From the NCBI GenBank assembly GCA_963764625.1, contig CAVXTH010000003.1, positions 42,386 through 106,385 of the forward strand: a stretch of DNA of 64,000 nucleotides. The letters are read 5' to 3'. The DNA is from Candidatus Krumholzibacteriota bacterium. Lineage in GTDB: Bacteria; Krumholzibacteriota; Krumholzibacteriia; JAJRXK01. Numbering within the stretch: position 1 is the stretch's first letter; each line of letters starts with the position of its first letter. The position numbers and the translations under genes were made by a program. Shown here piece after piece: positions 20,164 through 30,500 of the stretch. The notes beneath the pieces are model-generated. The model was not told the origin of the DNA. It saw only the letters and a program-made list of their open reading frames with translations, and did no database searches.

Positions 20164-21047
20164 TGAAAGTCCACCTCAATGGCGAACTCGTCGAAGCCGA
20201 GGAGGCGCGGGTCTCTCCATTCGACGCCGGCTATCTCTACGGCGACGGGCTCTTCGACACCCTGCGGAGCTATCGCGGATTCATCTATCTGCTCGCCGAG
20301 CACGTGCAACGATTGGCGCGCGAAGCGGAGCTCTTACAGATTCCCTTCGACCCGTCTCCGGGAACCTGGGACCACCTCATCGGCGAAGTTCTCGACGCGA
20401 ACGACCTCAAAGGGGTGGACGCGCGGGTGCGCATCCAGGTCAGCCGCGGCGGCGGACCGCAAACCGATCACGTGCAGGTCGACCCCGAGCAGATGCAACC
20501 GTTGGTTTTCATCTTCGCCACTCGGGTCTCCGACCAGATCCAAGCCCTGCAGACCCGCGGCGCGCGCATCCTCTCGATGCAGAGCACTTTCGCTCGCGGC
20601 AATTTTCCGCAGATCAAGTCGCTCAACTATCTGCCCAGCATCATGGCCCTTCGTTTCGCGCGCGCCCGCGGCTTCGACGAGGCGTGCCTGCTCAACCGCC
20701 AAAACAAGGTCCTGGAGTGCGCCTCGTCCAACATCTTCCTGGTGAAGGGCAAAGTCCTCCGCACTCCCTCGCGGCGCCTGGGAATTCTGCCGGGAATCAC
20801 CCGCGGAAGAGTGCTGCAGCTGGCGGAGGAATTGGGCCTGAAAGCCGAAGAGGCCGCCAGCGAGCTGCGCGACCTGGTGACCGCGGACGAGGTCTTCCTC
20901 ACCGGTTCCGTGAAAGAGATCGTCCCCGTGGTGGGTCTGGACGAAGGTCCCATCGCCGGCGGCACGGCCGGAGAGTGGACGCGCCGCCTGCAGGACGCCT
21001 ACCACCAAGACATCCAGCTGACCCGCGGCGCGCAGGCGACGGGTTGA
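20160..21047 (+). CDS. Class IV PLP aminotransferase (PabC/IlvE-like)
   Basis: YGDGLFDT, KSLNY, ECASSNIF and ILPGITR motifs. ATGA-coupled to pabB, so 4-amino-4-deoxychorismate lyase is plausible. Confidence 0.85.
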   Translation: MMKVHLNGELVEAEEARVSPFDAGYLYGDGLFDTLRSYRGFIYLLAEHVQRLAREAELLQIPFDPSPGTWDHLIGEVLDANDLKGVDARVRIQVSRGGGPQTDHVQVDPEQMQPLVFIFATRVSDQIQALQTRGARILSMQSTFARGNFPQIKSLNYLPSIMALRFARARGFDEACLLNRQNKVLECASSNIFLVKGKVLRTPSRRLGILPGITRGRVLQLAEELGLKAEEAASELRDLVTADEVFLTGSVKEIVPVVGLDEGPIAGGTAGEWTRRLQDAYHQDIQLTRGAQATG

Positions 21048-21050
21048 GCG

Positions 21051-21080
21051 AAGCCCCGGCCACACCGTGACCGGGGCTTT
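21051..21080. terminator. Hairpin between convergent genes
   Basis: AAGCCCCGG-cCAC-acc-GTGa-CCGGGGCTTT inverted repeat right after the stop at 21047. Confidence 0.6.
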
Positions 21081-21088
21081 GGAGATTC

Positions 21089-21904
21089 CTACTTATAGCG
21101 CTTGATGATATGGAAGCCGAAAGGCGTTTCCACAATTGCACTTACCTCGCCAACCTTCAGGGCGAACGCCGCGTCCTCAAAGGCGGGAACCATCATTCCG
21201 CGCCCGAAGGAACCCAGATCGCCTCCCCGCACTTTGGTGGGTCCGTCGCTGTATTCCTCGGCCACCGTGGCGAAGTCCTCCCCGGCCTTGATCTTGGCCA
21301 GGGCAGAGTCGGCGCGTGCCAGCGCTTCTTCACGGCTCCGCGTGATCTCGGGCGGTTTGCGGGTGGAGCCCTCGTGCATCACCAAGATGTGACGGCACGA
21401 GATCTTCTCGACCTTCTTCCTGAGGATCACGTGATAGCCGAAGGGGGTCTCCACCGGATCGCTGATGCTTCCGATCGGCAGCTTCTCGATCGCGGCATCG
21501 AACTCGGGAACCATGCGACCTTTCTCCCAGATCCCCAGGTTCCCGCCGCGCGAGGCGGAGGGTCCGTCGGAGTATTCCTTCGCGAGTTCCGCGAAGTCCT
21601 CACCCTTGCGAGCACGCTCGGCAATCTGCTTGGCGAGGGTGAGCGCTTCTTCCTTCGTGCGGGTCACGGTTGCCGGCGCTCGCTGACTGCCCTGGTACAT
21701 GATCAGGATGTGCGCGCCCGCGAATTCGACGGGTTCCGCCTCTGTCCCGCTCATGCTGTCGCCCGACGCGTCCTGAGCCGTGGCTTGCTGTGAGCCGTTG
21801 TCTGCGCTGGTGGCGTCTCCGTCCGCCTCGGCCTTCTTGCCATTGCAAGCGCTCAGCGCAACGAGGAGAATCGCCAGGGCGAGCATAATGTGACGGTGCT
21901 TCAT
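21089..21904 (-). CDS. Lipoprotein peptidyl-prolyl isomerase with two parvulin (PpiC) domains
   Basis: Lipobox LSAC. Two copies of HIL...FA..A.EYSDGP...GG.LG...M.P.F...VETPFG.H.I. Confidence 0.92.
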   Translation of the reverse strand: MKHRHIMLALAILLVALSACNGKKAEADGDATSADNGSQQATAQDASGDSMSGTEAEPVEFAGAHILIMYQGSQRAPATVTRTKEEALTLAKQIAERARKGEDFAELAKEYSDGPSASRGGNLGIWEKGRMVPEFDAAIEKLPIGSISDPVETPFGYHVILRKKVEKISCRHILVMHEGSTRKPPEITRSREEALARADSALAKIKAGEDFATVAEEYSDGPTKVRGGDLGSFGRGMMVPAFEDAAFALKVGEVSAIVETPFGFHIIKRYK

Positions 21905-21927
21905 TCTCTTTCCTCAAGGGTGTGGGT

Positions 21928-22923
21928 TCAGCCGACCATTTTGCTCAGCAAATCCACGACCCGGTTCGAGTAGCCCCATTCGTTGTCGTACCAGCTCACC
22001 ACTCGTGCCATCCCGATGGGGTGGCTCTGGGTGATGGGTGCATCGAAGATGCTCGAATGGGAGTTGCCGATGATGTCGCTGGAAACCAGCGCCTCCTCGG
22101 AGTACAGAAGGACGGAAGCCATGGGTCCAGCTGCCGCCTCTTTCATTGCTCGATTGATTTCTTCTACGCTCGCCGGCCGCTCCAGTTCGACCGTAAAGTC
22201 CACGATCGAACCGTCGGGTACCGGAACCCGCATGGCCATTCCGTCGAGCTTGCCATCGAGAGCGGGCAGTACCTTACCCACCGCCCTTGCCGCGCCGGTA
22301 GTGGTGGGAATGATGTTCTCCGTCGCCGCGCGGCTCCGGCGGAGATCCTTGTGTGGCACGTCGGCCAGTCTCTGATCATTGGTGTAGGCGTGAACCGTGG
22401 TGACCAGCCCTTTCACGATGCCGAAGTTCTCGTGCAGGACCTTGGCCACCGGAGCGAGACAGTTCGTGGTGCAGGAGGCGTTGGAGACGATGCGATGCTC
22501 CGGCTTCAACGCGTCGTCGTTCACCCCGAGCACGATCGTGGCATCGATGGCATCCTTGGCGGGAACGGTGAGCAGGACTTTTCCCGCGCCGGCTTTGAGG
22601 TGGGGTTCGAGGGTTTCGCGGGTTCGGAAGCGCCCGGTCGATTCAATGACCAGATCGACCCCGAGTTCCTTCCACGGCAACTCCAGGACCTCTCCGATCG
22701 CGGTCATGCGTGGACTCTGCGTGCCGGCTTTCAACACGCCGTCCAACAGCTCGACTTTTCCCTCGTAGGTGCCCATTACCGTGTCGTACTTGAAGAGATA
22801 GGCCAAGGCCTCGTTGGAGGCGATGTCGTTGATCGCGACGACCTGGATGTCTTCGCGCCGCGAGAGAATGCGGAACACGCTTCGCCCGATTCGTCCGAAA
22901 CCGTTGATGGCTACCGTGATCAT
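21928..22923 (-). CDS. gap: Type I glyceraldehyde-3-phosphate dehydrogenase
   Basis: INGFGRIGR, SNASCTTNCLAP, IIPTTTGAA and WYDNEWGY motifs. Confidence 0.96.
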   Translation of the reverse strand: MITVAINGFGRIGRSVFRILSRREDIQVVAINDIASNEALAYLFKYDTVMGTYEGKVELLDGVLKAGTQSPRMTAIGEVLELPWKELGVDLVIESTGRFRTRETLEPHLKAGAGKVLLTVPAKDAIDATIVLGVNDDALKPEHRIVSNASCTTNCLAPVAKVLHENFGIVKGLVTTVHAYTNDQRLADVPHKDLRRSRAATENIIPTTTGAARAVGKVLPALDGKLDGMAMRVPVPDGSIVDFTVELERPASVEEINRAMKEAAAGPMASVLLYSEEALVSSDIIGNSHSSIFDAPITQSHPIGMARVVSWYDNEWGYSNRVVDLLSKMVG

Positions 22924-22926
22924 CGC

Positions 22927-23967
22927 CTACCTCCCTCCCATCTTCACCGGCGCCGCTTCGCGCAGCCCGAGAATTCGTGTGATCAACTCGACCACCCGCG
23001 TGGCATATCCCCAACCGTTGTCGTACCAGATCACCGACTTGGCCAAGTTGCCTCCGATGACGAGAGTCGAGAGACTGTCGAAGATCGCGGAGTGAGAATT
23101 CCCGATGATATCGCTGCTCACCACGGCGTCTTCGCAGTACTCGACGATCGAGGCATAGGTAGTCTTCGCCGCCGATCGAATCACCTCGTTGATCTCCTCC
23201 CGCTTCACCTCGCGTTCGAGCAAGCACGTGAGATCGATGTTCGATCCATCGGGCACCGGCACGTTGAGCGCCATACCATCCAACTTGCCCTCGAGCTCGG
23301 GCAGCACGCGCCCGATTCCGTCCGGCGAATAAGTGGAGGTGGGAATGATATTTTCCGCTGCCGCTCGGCTGCGCCGCAGATCCGCCCCGGGCACATCCGC
23401 CAACCGCAGAGCGTTGGTATAGGCGTGCACCGAGGTCATGACCGCGTGTGCGACTCCGAAGTTGTCGTCCATGAGGCGCAGAATGGGGGCCAGCGCGTTG
23501 ATGGTGCAAGAACCGTTGCTCACGATCCGATGACTCGACTCGAGGATGCCGTCGTTCACTCCGGTCACCACCAGGGCGTCGACGTCCTCGGGAGTCTTGG
23601 GCGGGTAACAGAGGATGACGGCGTGCGCGCCTTTGTCCAGGTGACGGCGAAGCATCTCGCGGGTCCGGTACTTGCCGGTGGCTTCGATGACCAGGTCCAC
23701 TCCCAGAGCGCCCCAGTCCACGTCGCCCGGTTCCTTGGCCGTGATCATCTGGATCTGGCGACCCTTCACGTACATCGCGCTGCCCACGACCGAAACCGGG
23801 TCGCGGAAGCGGCCGTGCACCGTGTCGAACTTGAGGAGATATTCCAACCCCTTGGGGTCGGCCACGTCGACGATCGCGCTCACTTCGATGTCATCGCGGG
23901 GATACACGATGCGGAAGATGTTCCGGCCGATACGCCCGAATCCCATGATTCCAATCCGTACGTTCAT
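22927..23967 (-). CDS. Divergent type I GAPDH paralogue
   Basis: GFGRIGR, SNGSCTINALAP, IIPTSTYSP and WYDNGWGY motifs. Confidence 0.88.
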   Translation of the reverse strand: MNVRIGIMGFGRIGRNIFRIVYPRDDIEVSAIVDVADPKGLEYLLKFDTVHGRFRDPVSVVGSAMYVKGRQIQMITAKEPGDVDWGALGVDLVIEATGKYRTREMLRRHLDKGAHAVILCYPPKTPEDVDALVVTGVNDGILESSHRIVSNGSCTINALAPILRLMDDNFGVAHAVMTSVHAYTNALRLADVPGADLRRSRAAAENIIPTSTYSPDGIGRVLPELEGKLDGMALNVPVPDGSNIDLTCLLEREVKREEINEVIRSAAKTTYASIVEYCEDAVVSSDIIGNSHSAIFDSLSTLVIGGNLAKSVIWYDNGWGYATRVVELITRILGLREAAPVKMGGR

Positions 23968-24114
23968 TTCCGCCCTCACTTCCTGAAACCCCTGCGCGCA
24001 ACGAGAACGCGCGGGTCCCTCGCCACCACGCGGGAACTCAAGCTAGCGCGGATGCCCCAGATAATCCAGTCCCGCTTGGGGCCGGGGCGGCCGGGCGGCC
24101 CCGTTCAGGCCATC

Positions 24115-24143
24115 TTGCCGCCTCGTCGAACTAGTGGTAGTGT
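24115..24143 (+). promoter_or_regulatory. Putative sigma70 promoter of the dehydrogenase-SSS unit
   Basis: TTGCCG-N17-TAGTGT with an extended -10 TG. Confidence 0.4.
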
Positions 24144-24261
24144 GCCTTGCCGCCTCGGGGAAGTCCCTCGAGGCCGTGGTTTGGGGCCCCTCCGCTGTGG
24201 CGGACGAGGGGCGAGAAAACGGCGCTCTGAATCCGATTTCAAGTCTCTCAAGGAGGACGAA

Positions 24262-25380
24262 GTGGCGAAGTATCGCATCGCGTGGATGCCCGGCGACGGA
24301 GTGGGCAAGGAAGTCATGGAAGCCGCGCGGATTTGTCTGGATGCTCTGAAGTTCGACGCGGACTACGCGGACGCGGAAATCGGCTGGGATTTGTGGATGC
24401 GCGAGGGCAATCCGCTGCCCGATCGAACCCTGGAGATCTTGCGCGGCACCGACGCCTGCCTCTTCGGCGCCATCACCTCCAAACCCAAAGCCGAGGCCGA
24501 GGCGAGCCTGCCCGAGAGCCTCAGGGGAAAGGGGCACGAGTACTTCAGCCCCATCGTGCGGCTGCGGCAGGAGTTCGACCTGCACACCAATTTGAGGCCC
24601 TGCAAAGCCTATCCGGGGAACCCGTTGAACTACCGGGACACCATCGACCTCGTCGTGTTCCGGGAGAACACCGAGGGTCTCTACGTCGGCATCGAGTGGA
24701 GTCCGGTGCCGCAAGAACTCTGGAAAGCCATTCGGTCGAATCACAAGAAAGCTGCGCGTTTCGACTCCACCCCATTGGATGAAATGGCGATGAGCGTGCG
24801 CATCATCACCCAGAAAGGCGCGCGCCGCATCGTCACGCAGGCATTCGAGTATGCCAAGCAGCATGGCCGCAAGAGCGTGACCCTGGTGGAAAAGCCCAAC
24901 GTGCTGCGCGAAACCAGTGGACTCATGACGAGGGTCGCGCGCGAGGTCGCGGCCGACTACCCGGGCATCGAGCTATGGGAAACCAACATCGACGCCATGA
25001 TGATGTGGCTGGTGAAGAACCCGGAGACCTACGACGTCATCGTCACCTCGAACATGTTCGGCGACATCACCAGCGATCTCTGCGCTCAGCTGGTCGGTGG
25101 ACTGGGCTTCGCCTGCAGCGGAAACATCGGCGACGAATACGCCGTCTTCGAGCCCACGCACGGCAGCGCACCCAAGTACGAAGGGCTGTACAAGGTCAAC
25201 CCGATCGCCGAGATTCTCACCGCCAAGATGATGTTGGAATGGCTGGGCGAGAGCCAGTTGGCGAAACGGATCGAAGACTCGGTGGCGGAAGTCATCGCGG
25301 AAGGCAAGGTGCGCACCTACGACATGGGCGGCAACAACACCACCTTGGAGCTCGCCAAGGCCATCGCCGCCAAACTCTAG
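24262..25380 (+). CDS. Isocitrate/isopropylmalate dehydrogenase family (beta-decarboxylating dehydrogenase)
   Basis: AGGAGG RBS then GTG. PGDGVGKEV, SPIVRLRQ, NLRP, RENTEGLY, NMFGDITSD and FEPTHGSAPKY motifs. Confidence 0.92.
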   Translation: MAKYRIAWMPGDGVGKEVMEAARICLDALKFDADYADAEIGWDLWMREGNPLPDRTLEILRGTDACLFGAITSKPKAEAEASLPESLRGKGHEYFSPIVRLRQEFDLHTNLRPCKAYPGNPLNYRDTIDLVVFRENTEGLYVGIEWSPVPQELWKAIRSNHKKAARFDSTPLDEMAMSVRIITQKGARRIVTQAFEYAKQHGRKSVTLVEKPNVLRETSGLMTRVAREVAADYPGIELWETNIDAMMMWLVKNPETYDVIVTSNMFGDITSDLCAQLVGGLGFACSGNIGDEYAVFEPTHGSAPKYEGLYKVNPIAEILTAKMMLEWLGESQLAKRIEDSVAEVIAEGKVRTYDMGGNNTTLELAKAIAAKL

Positions 25381-25388
25381 GAGAGCGC

Positions 25389-26867
25389 GTGCTGCTTTCT
25401 CCGCTCGACATATTCGTCGTCGCCCTCTACGCCGGGGCCGTACTCGGCCTCGGCGCTCTCGCGTCGAGAAGACAATCGGCCACCGGGGAATTCTTTCTCG
25501 CCGGGCGTTCGCTCCCTTGGCCCCTGGTCGGGGCATCCATTCTGGCCACCGCGTTCTCCGCCGCATCCCTTCTGGGCGGTCCCGGCGAGGCTTTCGGCCA
25601 CGGACTGTTGTGGCTGCAACTCCAGATCGGCGACCTGCTGGCCATCCTGATCGTGTGCTGGCTCTTCCTTCCCTTCTATCACTCCCTCAGCACCACCACG
25701 GCCTACGAGTACCTCGAACGGCGCTTCGGCCCTCGAGCCCGCGTCCTCGCGGCGCTCCTCTTCCAACTCCAGGTGGTCTTTCGCTTGGGCGTCCTGCTCT
25801 ACGGTCCGGCCCTCGCCCTCGCCGCGCTCAGTGGACTCGACCTGAGAGCTGGCGATCGTGAGCGTGGGAATGGTGGCGACCGCCTACACCCTCATGGGAG
25901 GCCTGGCCGCGGTGGTGTGGACCGACCTCTTGCAGCTGGTGGTGATCGTGGTTGGGGTCGCACTGTGTGCCCGCGTCGCGGTCGAGGGCATCCCCGGGGG
26001 ACTCTCGGCCGCCCTCCACATCGCGCGCGAGCATGGCCGCCTCACCCTGATCGATACCTCGCTTCCGCCAAGTTCGGTGCGCTCGCTCCTGGGAGCCGTG
26101 GTGGGCTACGGAATTCTCTCGCTCTCGGTGGCGGGAACGAATCAGCAACCGGTACAGCGCTATCTCGCCTGCAAATCCACCGCGGACGCGCGACGGGCGG
26201 CACTGACCGGCTGGGCGGTGGGTCTCTTCGTCACTCTGATCACACTTCTTCTGGGTGTGCTGTTCTTCGCGTTCTATCGCATCCACTTGGGCGAGCTTCC
26301 GGCAGATCTCTCTCCCGACGCGGTGTTCCCCGCTTCGCGGCCGATCATCTCCCCCCGGGAATCCTGGGGCTGGCGGTCGCCGCCATCTTCGCCGCCGCCA
26401 TGTCCAGCCTCGACTCCGCCCTGCACTCTCTGAGCACTTCGAGCGTGGTCGATCTCTACCAGCGCTTTCTGGTCACCGGCCGCGCCGATGCCCATTACCT
26501 GAAGGTCGCGCGCATCGCGATTCTCCTCTGGGGACTCCTCGGGATCGTCGCCGCCCTCTACGTCGCCGGCCGGGGTTCGCTTCTGGCGATGGCGGTGCGC
26601 TACGTGGGGTACTTCGCGGGTCCGGTGCTCGGACTCTTCCTGCTCGGACTCCTGGTCCGGCGCAGCAACGAGCCGGGCGCGGTGAGCGCAGTCGCGTTGG
26701 CCTTTCTCGCGGTGGTGCTCAGCGTGAACGCCGAGAAAATCTTCGGCGCGCCCAGCCCGATCGGCGGGATCTGGATCGCGGCTCTGGGATGCGGAGTGAC
26801 TCTGGGGTTTGGGACCCTGCTCAGCCTCCTGTGGCCGACCGTCAGCGCAGACCGCGCTGACTCTTGA
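25389..26867 (+). CDS. Sodium:solute symporter (SSS) family transporter; two compensating indels near 25844 and 26330
   Basis: EFFLAGRSLPW, TAYEYLERRFG, then (shifted frame) YTLMGGLAAVVWTD and QQPVQRYL, then AAAMSSLDS. Confidence 0.88.
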   Translation: MLLSPLDIFVVALYAGAVLGLGALASRRQSATGEFFLAGRSLPWPLVGASILATAFSAASLLGGPGEAFGHGLLWLQLQIGDLLAILIVCWLFLPFYHSLSTTTAYEYLERRFGPRARVLAALLFQLQVVFRLGVLLYGPALALAALSGLDLRAGDRERGNGGDRLHPHGRPGRGGVDRPLAAGGDRGWGRTVCPRRGRGHPRGTLGRPPHRARAWPPHPDRYLASAKFGALAPGSRGGLRNSLALGGGNESATGTALSRLQIHRGRATGGTDRLGGGSLRHSDHTSSGCAVLRVLSHPLGRASGRSLSRRGVPRFAADHLPPGILGLAVAAIFAAAMSSLDSALHSLSTSSVVDLYQRFLVTGRADAHYLKVARIAILLWGLLGIVAALYVAGRGSLLAMAVRYVGYFAGPVLGLFLLGLLVRRSNEPGAVSAVALAFLAVVLSVNAEKIFGAPSPIGGIWIAALGCGVTLGFGTLLSLLWPTVSADRADS

Positions 26868-27579
26868 TCTCCTCGTAGGCGGCCTGGATTTCCTTGAACC
26901 GGGTCTCGGCCAGCTCCACGAATTCCTGGGGCAGTCCCTTCCCGATGATCTTGTCGGGATGATATTCGCTCACCAGGTGCCGGTAGCGAGTCTTGATCTC
27001 CTCCGGCGTAGCGGAGGGCTCAAGGCCCAAGACCGCATAGTGACGGCTCGGGTCGCCGCCTTTGCCCGCGAGCATTCCGTCGAGCGCGTGCGCGTCCATG
27101 CGGAAGATCCGCGCGGCCGCGCGCAGCATCTTCTCCTCCTTCGGATGCACCTTCCCGTCGGCCGCGGCCAGGCGCACCAGGAGATCGAGCATCACTTCGT
27201 ACATGCGCGGCTCCGCCGCGAAGATGGTGGCGAACTGCTGCGCGTAGTCCTCGAAGCGATCGGGACTCTCCTTGGCTCTGCGAAAGATCTCGATGGCGTG
27301 GTTCTGATCCTGAGGCGAGAGCCGCAGCTGGTTCTGCATGAAATCGCGCACGAGTGCGATTTCCTCGTCGCTCACCCGGCCATCCGCCTTGGCCAGCTTG
27401 GCGAGCATGGAAAATGTGGTGACGAAGAAGGCCGCCTGGGCCTGCTGCCTCGCGTCGGCGATCTTTCCCCCGGCCCCCTCCCCCAGTTTGTGCCCGACCA
27501 CCGCACCCAAAAGGCCGCCAATCGGTCCTCCCAGGGTGAAGCCGATCGCTCCGCCGAAGATGCTTCCGATGAGACCCAC
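26842..27579 (-). CDS. djlA: Co-chaperone DjlA (TM, TerB-like and J domains)
   Basis: GTG start. GGPIGGLLGAVVGH, LAKADGRVSDEE, and a J domain with YHPDK. Confidence 0.88.
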   Translation of the reverse strand: MGLIGSIFGGAIGFTLGGPIGGLLGAVVGHKLGEGAGGKIADARQQAQAAFFVTTFSMLAKLAKADGRVSDEEIALVRDFMQNQLRLSPQDQNHAIEIFRRAKESPDRFEDYAQQFATIFAAEPRMYEVMLDLLVRLAAADGKVHPKEEKMLRAAARIFRMDAHALDGMLAGKGGDPSRHYAVLGLEPSATPEEIKTRYRHLVSEYHPDKIIGKGLPQEFVELAETRFKEIQAAYEEIKSQRGLR

Positions 27580-27590
27580 TCGAAGTCCTC

Positions 27591-30500
27591 TCAGTCTTGC
27601 AGGACGCGAACCGCACCTCGCGCGCGTCGCCACGGCCACATCACAATTCGTCCCATGCCAGCCACGGTGTCCTCGACGAGCGTGGCGGTGGTGGGGAGCA
27701 ATACCGAAGTCAGGAAGGTGCTCAGCGAGAGGCCCCCCATGATCACCAGGGCGATGGAGTAATAGTAGACCCCCCCAATCGTCGGCTTCTGCACCACGAT
27801 GGGAACCAGGCCGATGAGGGTCGTCAACGCGGTCATCAGAATGGGCCGCAGCCTCTCGCGACCGCCTTTGAGCATGGCCTCCTCGCGCGGCATCCCCGCC
27901 CGCCGGTAGGAATTGATGTGCTCGAGCATGACGATTCCGTTGTTCACCACGATGCCGATCAAGAGCAAGAGCCCGACCGCCGCCGGTTGGTCGAAATCGG
28001 TGCCGGTGAGGTAGAGAGTCCACATCGCTCCGGCCAGAGCGAAGGGCAAGGCGACCATGAGGGCGATGGCCTGACGCACCGACTCGAAGAGCCCGGCCAT
28101 GACCGCGAACACCAGGAGCAGGGCCAGGCCGAGATTCACCAGGAACTCGCGCGATTTCTCCTTGTTCCTCTCCTGCCAGCGTCCGAAGGTCCAGCGGTAG
28201 CCATAGGGAAAGTCCATCGAGTTCAGCGCCGCGGCCACTTTGGGCGTGTAATCCTCACCGCGGCCCTCTCGATAGCTCGCGCCAACCCACAGACTGGTGA
28301 GTCGATTGTCGCGTTGAATGCGCTGTGCCCCGGGAACTTGCTTCAGTGCGGCCATCGAGGCCAAAGGGATGCGAGTGCCGTCTTCGGTCCAAATGGGCAG
28401 GTTATTGAGCTGCGCGAAGCTCTCGACTTTCTTTTCGTCGAGAGTGAGCCGCATCTCGCGTTCTCCCTCGGGAGTGCGGTAGCGCGGCAGGCGTCGCCCG
28501 CGATAGGTGAGCCCCACGATCTGCGCGGCCTGCGTGGGCGAAACTCCGTAGCGGGAGAGCAACTCGCGGTCGAGCTGGACGTGGATCTCCTGGTTACCCT
28601 CATCCATGCTGGAGAAGGGCTCCACCAGCCCGTCGATCTTCGACAGGCGATCCTTGGCCTCCTCCGCCAGACGCGCCAGGACCTCGGAGTCCTCCCCCAC
28701 GATCTGGAACGCGACCCGCTTCCCCCGGTCCATCCGCCACTGCTGGCGGTTCTCCTCCACTTCCACTTTCACCCCGGCGATGGGGGGAATGATGGACGGC
28801 AGCGCTTTGCGAACTCTGGCGAAGTTCTCGTTATTGGCCTCTCCTTTCTTCAAGTAGATGCGGGTGAGAGTACAACGGTCGCTCCAGAACGAATAGATCG
28901 AACGCGCTTTCAACTCGGCCTTGTGTTTGCGCAGAGCCGTCTCCACCCGGCTGACTACTTCTTCCTTGCGGGCCAGACTCATGTCTTCGCTGAAGTCGTA
29001 GCGCATCCCCACGAAGAGCTCGGTCTGGGTGGTATCGAAGTTCTTGTCGACTCGCATGAAGGGAATGTAGCCCGACGCCAGAATCGCGACGCCGATCACC
29101 GGCGCCAACCAGCGATGGTGCAAATTGAATGCGAGAAGCGACTGGTAGTGATCCTCCAGTTTGACCATGAACCGGCCTTTGGGTCCCGGACGTCGACGCA
29201 CGAACCAGGAGGTCGCCATGGGGATGAGGGTCTGGCTCACAAAAAGGGACGCGAGGAGCGAGATACACACCGTGATGCCCAGCTCGCGCAGATAGATGTT
29301 CATCTCGCTGGGCTTGTTGAAGATGAGCGGCAGGAAGACGATGACGGAAGTCAACGTCGCCGCCACCACCGCGGTGGAGACCTCCTTCGCCCCCAGCCGC
29401 GAAGCGACTTTCTGGTCCTCCCCCATCTCGCGATGGCGGAAGATGTTCTCCATCACCACGACCGCGTTGTCCACCAGCATCCCCACCCCCACGATCAATC
29501 CGAGGAGGGTGAGCGTGTTGAGGGTGTGCCCCTGGCTCCACAGAATCCCGCAGGTCACCACCAGCGAGAAGGGAATGCACATCACCGCGATCAGCGTGAT
29601 TCCCACCCGGCGCAAGAACAACAGAAGCACCAGTCCCGCCAGGATGGTCCCGAACACTCCGCTGAACGCGAGGTCGCGCAGGGTGTTCTCGATCTCCTCT
29701 CCCTGATCGAACCAGACCAGGAAGTTGACCCCCTCCAGCTCGGGATCGGCGTTCATTGCGGCGATGCGCTTCTTGAGGGCCCGACCCACTTCTACCGTGT
29801 TGGCCTTCGCCTCCTGGGTGACTTCGATGCCCACCGCGAAGCGACCATCGAGGTGCCGTCCGTAGTCCAGCGGTGGCTCTTCGTATTGCACCTCGGCCAC
29901 GTCGGAAAGGCATAGGCCATCTTCCCGCAGGGGAAGGTCCTTGATCTGCTCCACGCTAGCCAGAGTGGAGATGGTGCGTACCGAGTAGCGCTGGTCGCCC
30001 TCTTCGACCTTACCCAGGCTCATGTCGAAATTCGAACCCTGCAGAACGCGCAACACCTGGCGCACGTCCATCCCGTAGAACTGCAGCGCGTCGACTTTGA
30101 GGTTGATCCTGACTTCCTTCGGGGCCACTCCGTCCAGGCGGACTTGCGCCACTCCCGGAATTCGCTCGAGGGGCCGCACGATGCGCCGATCCAAGAGCTC
30201 GTAGCTCGCACTCAAATCGCGTTCGCTGGAGAGTCGTCCCTCCAGGATGGGCGCGTCGGCGCCGCGATCGTCCCAGTCGTTGGAGACACGAATGTCCCCC
30301 AGATCGTCGGGGAGATCGCGCCGCACCCGGTCGATCTTTTCCCAGATCTCCGTGCGCGCCACGTTGAGGTCGGTACTCCAGGAAAATCCGAGACGAATTC
30401 GTCCGCCGTCCGAACTGCACATGGACCACATCTCGTTCAGGCCCTTGACCGATCCCACCGCGTCCTCGACCGGCCGCACCACCATGCGCTCGACTTGCTC

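Noticed and set aside
21922-25380. 1152 aa ORF suggesting a large fusion dehydrogenase
   Set aside because: The first ~780 codons are antisense to the two gap genes. The real gene starts at GTG 24262 after AGGAGG.
25840-26335. Dual-frame coding in the SSS transporter
   Set aside because: A compensating +1/-1 indel pair; only the shifted frame has SSS motifs. Most likely error.
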